A DNA stretch of 39,981 bases, taken from IMG/VR virus record IMGVR_UViG_3300045988_134362, positions 1 to 39,981 of that record; one strand, written 5' to 3'. Made by a program: the position numbers and the translations under genes. The notes beneath the pieces are model-generated. The model had not been told where the DNA came from. It worked only from the letters and a program-made list of their open reading frames with translations, and did no database searches. The stretch's first letter is position 1. Each line of letters starts with the position of its first letter. The DNA is from a virus. This document shows, in pieces, positions 1 to 8,500 of the stretch.

Positions 1-55
1 CATTATACCGATGACATGCGTAAACAAGCATCAAATATAATTAATAATATATTTT
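1..55. repeat. 55-bp direct terminal repeat, identical to 39927-39981; encodes the last 18 codons of the integrase (..HYTDDMRKQASNIINNIF), stop TGA at 55-57
   Basis: Exact 55/55 identity by eye between window start and end. The reading frame from ATG 38919 continues through the copy and terminates at 55-57. Confidence 0.9.
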
Positions 56-404
56 GATTTTTGACGGTTTTATTGACGAACACTTAAAATATCTATATAT
101 CATTGCATTTATTAGGAATTTATATATTCTTATGGTTTATGAATATCTTGTTTGTTAAATTTATCAAATACTAATTTATTTAGTATTTGTGGGCATATAT
201 TCTATTATTTATTGTTTTGTTATAATTACAATTTCTCAAATTTTAATTATTTATTAATATAGTTTTTGCCGTTTTTTGACGTTAAAAGAGGGTAGGAATA
301 AAATCCCACCCTCTAAAAACTTATCATTTAAATTTATTTTGCATTTCGGTCAATTTTGATTAATAGGTATATTCGATAAGTTTTCTTAACTATATTATAC
401 CATA

Positions 405-641
405 TTAAATCAATGAATTCATGCTGTCCATTTCAACAAGTAGTTTATCTATGGTTGTTTCTTCTATATCATTTCCATACTTATTTATAAATTCTTCTTT
501 ATCATATCCATAATCAACGATAGGATTATATAACGGACTCTTTTTACGTTTAATATATACAACATCATCAAAAGATTTACCGTTATCGATATCATATTTT
601 ATATCTTCTATTAATTCTTCATAGTCATATGATAGGGTCAT
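405..641 (-). CDS. small acidic protein, 78 aa (start moved from 695 to ATG 641)
   Basis: ATG at 641 is preceded by AAAGGAGTGG with 5-nt spacing. The upstream ATG at 695 has no RBS. Product is about 25% Asp/Glu. It lies after the late-operon terminator and has its own promoter. Confidence 0.5.
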   Translation of the reverse strand: MTLSYDYEELIEDIKYDIDNGKSFDDVVYIKRKKSPLYNPIVDYGYDKEEFINKYGNDIEETTIDKLLVEMDSMNSLI

Positions 642-710
642 TTTATCCACTCCTTTATTTAAAGGTACAAAAATAAATGTGTTTTTAAAATACATTTATA
701 CGTTAAAAAT

Positions 711-740
711 ATTATAGCACTATATAATATAGTATGTCAT
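711..740 (-). promoter_or_regulatory. sigma-A-like promoter for the 78-aa gene (aTGACA-18-TGcTATAAT on the minus strand)
   Basis: Read on the reverse complement: -35 ATGACA (735-740), 18-nt spacer, extended -10 TGcTATAAT (711-719). Confidence 0.4.
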
Positions 741-830
741 ATCTCCACTGTTTTGTTAAAAATGGGTGAGATAAAAAATTAATACCACTATTTTACAAAA
801 AACATTGGAAATAAAAACATGAATTTTTCA

Positions 831-865
831 AAAATAAAAAGACCCCCTACAATTAGTAGGGAGTC
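831..865 (-). terminator. rho-independent terminator ending the late operon
   Basis: Stem gaccccctac/gtagggagtc (9 of 10 pairs, 5-nt loop) at 841-865. The A-run 831-840 on the plus strand gives a U-tract after the hairpin on the minus-strand transcript. Confidence 0.6.
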
Positions 866-960
866 TAGTGCCTAGCACGTGCTGCATACTATAGGCGTTT
901 CATTTTGGTGTACTTTGTGTAATACGCTGTACCTCAATCTTTTTATATTATATTATAAAA

Positions 961-1434
961 TTATTTTATAATCAAGCCTACTCCTAACGCTCCTGCAAGT
1001 GCCATATATAAATCACGTTGCCGCTTAATTACCTTTTGTTTGTGTTCCATTTTCTTTATTTCTTGTTTCAACGTCTTCAATGATTCCCTCGATTCGTTTA
1101 ATGCTTTCCTCGTGTCGGCTAATGATTCGTTCGCACTCAGCAATGAGTTTTTGGCTATTCTGATTTGTTCTTGTAATTTCATCAGTTGTTTTTCTTGCTC
1201 CGTTGAGTTGAGATTCAGCATTTGCAATTTCTCTTTGAGCAGTTCGAACTCCTCGCTCTGCTCTATCAATTCCATCTTCAACGCCTGCCATTGCCCGAGT
1301 GGCACTTGTATCATTTCGCCATCGCTCTCCTGCGGAACGTAAAAGGCATCCGCCAATGAATAAGCAGATGAATGAAACGGAAATAACAACGACACCAAGA
1401 TTATTACGCATAAAATCCCTAATTTTTTGCACAT
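961..1434 (-). CDS. membrane-anchored/secreted coiled-coil protein, 157 aa (N-terminal signal or TM, central coiled coil, C-terminal hydrophobic segment)
   Basis: ATG at 1434 with AAAGGAG 5 nt upstream. Product is K/L/E/Q-rich. An alternative overlapping frame (1025..1432, GTG start) also reads protein-like; see rejected list. Confidence 0.45.
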   Translation of the reverse strand: MCKKLGILCVIILVSLLFPFHSSAYSLADAFYVPQESDGEMIQVPLGQWQALKMELIEQSEEFELLKEKLQMLNLNSTEQEKQLMKLQEQIRIAKNSLLSANESLADTRKALNESRESLKTLKQEIKKMEHKQKVIKRQRDLYMALAGALGVGLIIK

Positions 1435-1577
1435 TTAAGCTCCTTTTTTACATAAAAATACCTATTTCCTTAAAAACACGCTTAATAGACCTATATACGC
1501 ATTTTAACGTTTTTGTGACAAATATATCACGACATACTATTAAAATGTGTCTAACCCCTACAATTTTTGGATAACTT

Positions 1578-2114
1578 TTAGTGATTTTGATAAAAAATCG
1601 CGTTTCCTCTTATAATTCGTCCGCCTTCGTCATATTCCCCATCGTTACTCAAAAATTGTAAATCCCATCTACAATCGGGGTCTCCAGAATACAATCCGTA
1701 TCCGTCAATGTCCGCCGCTTCTCCATGTGTCATGACATAGTCTTTAGTAATCGGGAATTCAAACTCATCTGACAAGATAGCTATCATTTGTGCGAGTGAG
1801 TTCATCTGTGCATCGGTCGGCGGATAATCTCCTAAATTACAACCGCCATTTGCATATGCTATAGCATTTTTACAACAACACAATGTAATAGCTATGCTTC
1901 CTGTGTTCCTCATATAGGTTGCATGATTTGGACGTTCTGTAATATCACGGGTCATTTTAATATCTCCGTCGCCGGTGATATTAAAATGATAGTCACTAAA
2001 TGTAGTATCATAGTCACCTGCTGTTACGTGAAGATAAACCATCGGCAAGCCGTATGAATCAACGAATTCTTGTTTGTTTTCTTTCACGTATTGTTTAAAT
2101 GCCTGTATATTCAT
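1578..2114 (-). CDS. endolysin, N-acetylmuramoyl-L-alanine amidase (Amidase_2/PGRP-like), no obvious cell-wall-binding domain
   Basis: Amidase_2-like blocks (VYLHVTAG, MTHGEAADIDGYG, DPDCRWD). ATGA start overlap with the upstream holin gene. Last genes of the structural/lysis operon. Confidence 0.6.
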   Translation of the reverse strand: MNIQAFKQYVKENKQEFVDSYGLPMVYLHVTAGDYDTTFSDYHFNITGDGDIKMTRDITERPNHATYMRNTGSIAITLCCCKNAIAYANGGCNLGDYPPTDAQMNSLAQMIAILSDEFEFPITKDYVMTHGEAADIDGYGLYSGDPDCRWDLQFLSNDGEYDEGGRIIRGNAIFYQNH

Positions 2115-2617
2115 ATCTTCCTTTTCCCTTTCAAAACTTCCACTAAATCATGTACCATTGCAACTCCTGCTTCGTCTAAGTTTTCAACGACTGACAACAT
2201 TTCAGTTGTAGCTAAATAACCTAAAGCGGTTGTAACCATCATCGGTTTAGTGCCGATTTTAACTAAAATAGTATCTACAATAAATGCTCCAAACACTGCT
2301 ATAAAATAAGTAAGCATCTTACTAACAAAATGCTTACGCATCATGTAAGAGTTGATGTATCCTGCTTTTCTAGCAACGTTCATGTTTTTAACACAATCTA
2401 AAAGTGAGGATTCTTTCCCCTCGCTATCTAGATACTTTTTAGTGAGTGCGATCCAACGTGTATATAAATCAAGACAAACCACGATAGAAAACAAAGCACA
2501 CAACATACTATGGTAAACAAGCATTATTACAACTCCAGACCCTATAATCTTAAGTATAAAATTATCCATTAAAGAATTGAAATTCTTCTGTATCTCATTA
2601 AAAATCATATTCCACAT
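2111..2617 (-). CDS. holin (multi-TM, 168 aa)
   Basis: Three or four predicted TM helices. Immediately upstream of the endolysin and translationally coupled to it (ATGA). Confidence 0.55.
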   Translation of the reverse strand: MWNMIFNEIQKNFNSLMDNFILKIIGSGVVIMLVYHSMLCALFSIVVCLDLYTRWIALTKKYLDSEGKESSLLDCVKNMNVARKAGYINSYMMRKHFVSKMLTYFIAVFGAFIVDTILVKIGTKPMMVTTALGYLATTEMLSVVENLDEAGVAMVHDLVEVLKGKRKI

Positions 2618-2730
2618 TATGTTTTATCCGCCTTTTCTGTAATTGGTTTACTTCTAACACACTTTTTATTAGTACATAATCCTGTATTAGGGTCTTCTTT
2701 TCTGTGGCACAAAAAGCAACGTTTAATCAT
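2617..2730 (-). CDS. 37-aa Cys4 zinc-ribbon peptide (MIKRCFLCHRKEDPNTGLCTNKKCVRSKPITEKADKT) coupled to the holin start
   Basis: Not in the ORF track (shorter than 60 aa). ATG 2730 is preceded by GAGAGGAGAA with 7-nt spacing. CxxC-x10-CxxxxC pattern. Stop TAA overlaps the holin ATG (TAATG). Confidence 0.45.
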   Translation of the reverse strand: MIKRCFLCHRKEDPNTGLCTNKKCVRSKPITEKADKT

Positions 2731-3070
2731 TTGTTAATTCTCCTCTCTTTTTCTTATACTCATTTTCCAGTTCTTCTCGTTCTTCTTTAAGCTCATTTAG
2801 TAAATCATTGTCGCCAACAGCTAGAGTTCTTGCCATCTCCGTCTCAATATCTTTTATTTTTTCCCCATATTCTAAATCTAAATCGTGTAACAACTCTTCT
2901 TTATTTTCCTCTTGTTTGACAAATTTTCCGTCTTTATAAATAAGACCTTGTCTTACTGCTTCTTTTCCTTGTGTATCATCGACTTCAACAATCGTAAACC
3001 CACCAGGGATAGCAAAACGCTCTACATATTCCATACATCTTCCGTTAGTTTCACACACTAATATTTTCAT
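2723..3070 (-). CDS. hypothetical virion/tail-associated protein (115 aa from ATG 3070)
   Basis: ATGA overlap with the upstream ORF stop and a GGTGGA-type RBS. The ATG at 3085 has no usable RBS. Confidence 0.4.
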   Translation of the reverse strand: MKILVCETNGRCMEYVERFAIPGGFTIVEVDDTQGKEAVRQGLIYKDGKFVKQEENKEELLHDLDLEYGEKIKDIETEMARTLAVGDNDLLNELKEEREELENEYKKKRGELTND

Positions 3071-3525
3071 GCTTTCCACCCCCATATTCCTTTTACATAC
3101 ATCTTAGTCCACGAATGTACCCAGCGAGTAGTTGTCGATTTATTACTGATAATCTTCATGTAATAACAAGGATAAACTATGCATTTTTTATTGTCTAGAA
3201 TCGCTTTTGTTAACGCTTGATAAAGCACATGTGAGTCTAATCGTGCATATCCTATTTCACCTGAATCACCATCAGAAAAACATAAAAATAAATAATCAAA
3301 ATCTGTAAAAGGTTTAGACAGTTCAATCGTTTCAGTCCACGCACCTCTACCACCATTAAAACTATCTCCGTTAAATATCTGCTCACAATTATCTATCGTT
3401 ATTGGTTTTTCCTTGATTAAACATAATGTTTCTGACGGGATTTCATGTTTATATCGGTCATATACTTCAGTATTTTCAAATGTAGCAATGATAGTTTTAT
3501 CTTTTTGTATAACTTGTTTTCCCAT
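3067..3525 (-). CDS. hypothetical tail-associated protein (152 aa)
   Basis: AAGGAG RBS 9 nt upstream. TAATG coupling with the previous gene. Lies in the tail-fibre region. Confidence 0.45.
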   Translation of the reverse strand: MGKQVIQKDKTIIATFENTEVYDRYKHEIPSETLCLIKEKPITIDNCEQIFNGDSFNGGRGAWTETIELSKPFTDFDYLFLCFSDGDSGEIGYARLDSHVLYQALTKAILDNKKCIVYPCYYMKIISNKSTTTRWVHSWTKMYVKGIWGWKA

Positions 3526-3998
3526 TACTTAACTCTCCTTATAAAACAATATCCCTGTTGCTGTGATCCGTTATTATTGCTTTCATATTTCTGATTCGTA
3601 TTACTACTTGCCCCCTTAGCTGTAACAGTAGACCCTTGATAGGAAAAAACGGAATCTTCAGATGGCACTTCTTCTACTGTATACCATTGTCCATTTTTTC
3701 CGCCCGATTTATAACTATACTTATTATTCCCTGCTTTCCCTACACGTATGGTTGTTTCTAATCCTGTAATAAGCGTAACAGTCTTTGTTATTAATTCACC
3801 TTTTTTATAAACGTTGTTCTGTTTGTCGCTGTATACACAACCCCCCGATAAAGTTATCTCATAGGTTCCATATTCGGGAACCCGCCAATTATATAAGCCT
3901 ACTTCATTAAATATGATTCCTCTATTTGAAACTTTCGGTAATGTATACTTCTTACCATTAAAAAACACTACATAATTTTTACTATTAAGCTTAATCAT
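3525..3998 (-). CDS. hypothetical tail fibre-associated protein (about 157 aa; start possibly 3998 rather than 4040)
   Basis: Beta-rich, G/N/S/T-rich sequence typical of receptor-binding or fibre accessory proteins. Start uncertain (weak RBS at either candidate). Confidence 0.4.
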   Translation of the reverse strand: MIKLNSKNYVVFFNGKKYTLPKVSNRGIIFNEVGLYNWRVPEYGTYEITLSGGCVYSDKQNNVYKKGELITKTVTLITGLETTIRVGKAGNNKYSYKSGGKNGQWYTVEEVPSEDSVFSYQGSTVTAKGASSNTNQKYESNNNGSQQQGYCFIRRVK

Positions 3999-5538
3999 AT
4001 TTCCACACTTCCATTGAGCCTGTTTTGATGTTTTCCTCATTTAGCCATGTTGCTAATTTAGGTAATTCTGTTTTAGGTATTTTGCCACTTACAAGATGAG
4101 CGTAATCCCCTTTGTCTTGTTTGTTGCTTAGTTTCGTTTCAATAGTCGACACTTTCCCTTTTAAAGCACTTAACCCCGTTTTATTTTCTTGTATAGTATT
4201 AAGTGTTTCAGGGGGAATAGCCCCACCGTTAGGTATTTTTGAAATTGCTCTAACAACAAATTCAGTGGTAGCCGCCTTGTTAGAATTATCTGATTCCTCA
4301 GGTGTAATTAAGTTTATAATATTTTTTACACTAAGTTGATTAATCGGATCTAACTCTAACTGTGATAACTTTTTAGGTATACGAGTGCCTACAATTTGTA
4401 AAATTAATTCACTTGCGGCATTGATTTTTTCATTTACTTCATTTTCTGTAATACCCCCACCGCCACTAATTTTCGATAATTTATCGTCAACCTGCGGTTT
4501 TGTATAGTAATTACTTAAGCTTGTTTTAACCGTATTAGCATTTTCTTTTGCTTCTTTGGCACTATTAGCCGCCTGGTTAGCACTATTTATAACCTGCTGT
4601 TTTGAGTTATTTATAGATTCTGTAGCACTGGAAATAACTCCGTTAAGCTTTTGTGTTTTGTTGTCTAAAACTCCGCTTGTTTCTTCTGCTTTTTGCTTGT
4701 ACTCGCTAAGTTTTACACCTAAAGAATCCGCCTGTTCTTTAAGGGTAGAAGTAATTGTGTTTACATCTTCTTGTGCTTTCCCTTTAAGCTTATCAACAAT
4801 GTCAGAAATCTTGTGTTTACCTTTTTCTATTTCCTCACTAACTGCATGAGAACTGTTCGCCCTTGCTTCTCCTACGTATTCAGATAATTCACGTTTTCCA
4901 TTTTCGATAGTATCTCTTAATTGCTGTGCTTTGGTAGTCGCATCGGATAAAACAGAATCCATCCTCGATTTCATTACTGATACCGCTTGTCTATCTTCTG
5001 CTGTTTGTTTTGCTGAGTTTTCCGCCCGTTCCGTTGCAACAGTGGGATTTATACAAGGTATAAGCTTTTTACCCTCACTATCCCATGCAAAAGTGCTATC
5101 CGGCGTAGGTTTAGGAAGTGTCATATCTATATCACCTTTGGCGGATATCGGAAGTTTTAAAACTCTAGTGTGTTCTACTTTTAAATCTTGAGCAATAAGA
5201 GTAAGTTTATCCCCCATTCGTTCGATTGAATCAAACGGATGTTTTTCTCCATATGTGTTTTCTTGTGTAATAGGAATATCTCGCACAAGAATTAATCTCT
5301 CTCCCGTTTTCATTGGGATTAGATTACTAGAATCTACATCTTTACCATTTGACGGGTAATGAAAAGTCTTGTCATTCATATCTACATAAAACTTTTCGGT
5401 TATAACCTTTTCTTTCCCGTCTTCTGTAACAAGCACTGCTTTAATATCGGTTTTGCTTATTACATTAAAAGGAATAGGGAAAGAGACGGTTTGTCCGTCT
5501 CCTTTATAATCCACTCTATTTAGTTCTTTGTTTATCAT
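3991..5538 (-). CDS. tail fibre protein (515 aa) with a conserved N-terminal virion-attachment segment and long coiled-coil shaft
   Basis: The N-terminus (MINKELNRVDYKGDGQTVSFPIPF) resembles the anchor domain of phage tail fibres. The central part is a heptad-rich A/K/E/S/N coiled coil. Sits directly after the internal virion protein genes. Confidence 0.6.
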   Translation of the reverse strand: MINKELNRVDYKGDGQTVSFPIPFNVISKTDIKAVLVTEDGKEKVITEKFYVDMNDKTFHYPSNGKDVDSSNLIPMKTGERLILVRDIPITQENTYGEKHPFDSIERMGDKLTLIAQDLKVEHTRVLKLPISAKGDIDMTLPKPTPDSTFAWDSEGKKLIPCINPTVATERAENSAKQTAEDRQAVSVMKSRMDSVLSDATTKAQQLRDTIENGKRELSEYVGEARANSSHAVSEEIEKGKHKISDIVDKLKGKAQEDVNTITSTLKEQADSLGVKLSEYKQKAEETSGVLDNKTQKLNGVISSATESINNSKQQVINSANQAANSAKEAKENANTVKTSLSNYYTKPQVDDKLSKISGGGGITENEVNEKINAASELILQIVGTRIPKKLSQLELDPINQLSVKNIINLITPEESDNSNKAATTEFVVRAISKIPNGGAIPPETLNTIQENKTGLSALKGKVSTIETKLSNKQDKGDYAHLVSGKIPKTELPKLATWLNEENIKTGSMEVWKYD

Positions 5539-5588
5539 GCATTCACTCCTTCATAAGCACAACAATATTTTTAATCTTTCTTTTTCTA

Positions 5589-8500
5589 CTATTTTATCTC
5601 TTCCCTTTTCCTGCTATTTCGTTTCTTATTTTTATCTCCTTTCTTTTTTATTTTTCTATCTAAAACTATAGCCGTTAGTGTCTCAAGTAAGCTTGAATCC
5701 GTATCTTGAGACAAATAACGTATAGCAGAAAACAACCCATCAGTAGCTGTATCAGATATCCCCATTAGTCTTGTTCCTAACTTGGTTACCTCTTGTGCTA
5801 CATCTAAACTGTCCTTTTTCTCAGACTGATAAGTTCTTAGTATTGCTACTATTTGCGAGGCAAAGTTAAACGCAGGTATATCGGGGGCTCCGTCATCTGT
5901 ATAACCAAATCCTTTAATACCAGTCTCCATAAGAGCGGGCACAAGGGTTCTAAGTACAGGGTCACCGCCTACCACGTTACCAGTAATAATTGCTTGTAAT
6001 ACGCTTTCTTGCCAGTCGTCATCACTTCCGACCGCTTTTTTAACTGCATATCGTATTGAGCCTTCCAATGATCCTTGAAGAAGTCCTAAGAACAATACAT
6101 CACGAATAAGCGGTCGCTTGTTTCCTGTATCTTTAAGTAAGTAACGGTCTTTTATAAAGTGATTTAAAATCATGTTGTTAAATGTGTAGAAAGGCAGCAA
6201 ATGTCTTAAAAATTTTTGTTTAAGAATATCAGGTCTGTCTTTCATCTCACCACTGCCAAAACACTCTCTAACGCTCTTGTCGCCTGCTTCTATTGCTCTT
6301 TGTTCAATTACTGCAGGGTCCGTTATCCCCTCTACCATTAAACGATTTCTTGTTTCCTTATAAGTTTCAAGCCACAACGGCAAAGAGAATATAAGGTCAG
6401 TTTCAGATATAAAGGTAAAAGCATATTGATTTAGCGTGTCCAAACTTACTTTCCCATGCTTAACCCTAGATATAATCTCGTTTTCTCCTTGAGAAACGGG
6501 AAGTTCTACCCCTCGTGCTAAATCTTTATCCATCGTGGTTATACGGTCTTTCATCATAGAGGATTTTTCCATAATAAACCGTCTGTTAGCAAGCCTGTTT
6601 TCTGTCCACTCTTTAACATTTCCGCCTGTTAAATAATAGTTAGAAATGGCTTTTAGTGTCCACATGCCGCCTTTTTTACCCCATAAGATGGCGATATTAC
6701 AAGCGTTAAGAAGTGCCGTACTAGTTCTATAAGCCAGTATAGCTTGTACATAATTCTTGCGTGCTGTATCTAAGAATCTTTCGACGATTCCTGCGTTATC
6801 AATCGGCGCACTCCAGTTATCTCCTGCCCATGTTTTAAGAGTTCTATACCAATCAAACCCATACTTAGAAGATATTGCCGTTGACACTTCTTTATTGGCA
6901 AGAAGTCTATAAACGTCAATTGCACATTCTCTCATAGAGATAAAGTGTACGGTATCTAAGATGTGATTTCTGTAAACTTCCAGATCCATTCTTAAAGCCT
7001 GTCCACCGCTCCCATTTGAACGCTGTTTAGTCATTCCTGTACCAATACCAAACGTGCTATAACCTGACATCTGTTTTTTAAGGATTTCATTATTGGCTTG
7101 TTCTTCCGCTCTTATAGATGTTTCCGTATCGTATTTAATCGGATAATACATCCCGTTTATTACACGTCCGTTATTTAAGGTAAATTCTTGCCCTTTTACC
7201 TTACCTAAAGGAATACCGTATAAATTGTCATAAACCTTGTTTAAATCTCCATAATAGGAATCAATATCTTTCCAGACGGATTCCACAAAATCCCAATCTC
7301 TATTGGTCATCTTCTCGTTAAGGATATCCAGTATAAAGTCGCTGTCCATTTGATAGGTTTCCATAACTCTATCGCGGTTACTTTCCGTACCCCAGTTAAG
7401 GGCGATTGTGAGCAGTGTTTCTTTTGTTACCATGCGAGGGTTGCCTTTATAATCAAACCCCAATTGGATATTCTTTTTAGAGCGGATATCTCGCCATTCA
7501 TCAAGCGTGTATTTATTAAAAATATCTTGCATACGCTTAGCGGCTTTATTCATCATCTCTCGTTCTTTAGATGCTCCACGTTCTATAGGTTTATAAATAT
7601 ATTCATAAGCAGATTCCCCCATTCTTTCAATCATGACTTCTGGCAAGGTGATAGAGTTTAAATACGATTGAGCCATTTCTTTTAATCCGTCAAATGTCCT
7701 TTTTGCAAGTTTTCTATCAACTGCATTAACAACGGGTGCGTTGATTTCTGTAACGATATCAGATACCGCCTGCTCCATTGATACAACCTTGCCCTCTATG
7801 GTTTTAAAAGACATACCATCATATTCACGTTTACCTAAATGATATATTGCCTTAATAGCTTTTATAAGCTCTCTAAACTCATTCATAGTGAGCTTTTTAA
7901 TGGGCTTTTGTTCTGGACTTTCAAAAATACTTCTTAGCCACGGGGCTATAACATCTTCCCCTTCATAAGGCTTGCCGTCCATCTTATTGGCGTTAGTCCG
8001 TTCTACTTCCATTGCCCTTGTCGGGTTTAAGTCATAGGCAAGATTTGCCCAAGAAAATGGTACTTGCACCCCGTTTTTATCTATCGGAAGCATTCCATCG
8101 GCATTAGTAAGTCCTAATTGATAGGCTAAATGCTGTACAAAATATCTGGCATTGCTAGACATCTTAATTGGGCTTGTAATACGTCCTACACGATTTATTA
8201 AACCGTTTAATCCGTATTTTTCAAGTCCGTCTTTGTTGTAAACATTACTTGCTTCTTTCGGATTTCCATGTAAAGCCTGTCTGATTTCTGCTTCATTCTT
8301 ATAGGCAATACGAGCCTTTAAAGCACACTTTCGCCCTTCGTTTATCCAGTAACTGGCATTTGCCCAATTACCTTTACGGATTTCTCTTGTGGCACTGGTG
8401 GTTACGCTCTTTTGTCTATTGTTCCAGTATTTCCAGTTAGTCGCCTTAGAAATGTTTTGTTTAGACATAGAGTTAATAATACTTTCTTCTAACTGTCTTA

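Noticed and set aside
1025-1432. Alternative-frame 135-aa ORF (GTG start) overlapping 961..1434 on the same strand
   Set aside because: Shares the RBS, but the ATG-initiated frame has the better start and an amino-acid composition (K/L/E/Q) typical for this AT-rich genome. The Arg-rich alternative is kept only as a caveat.
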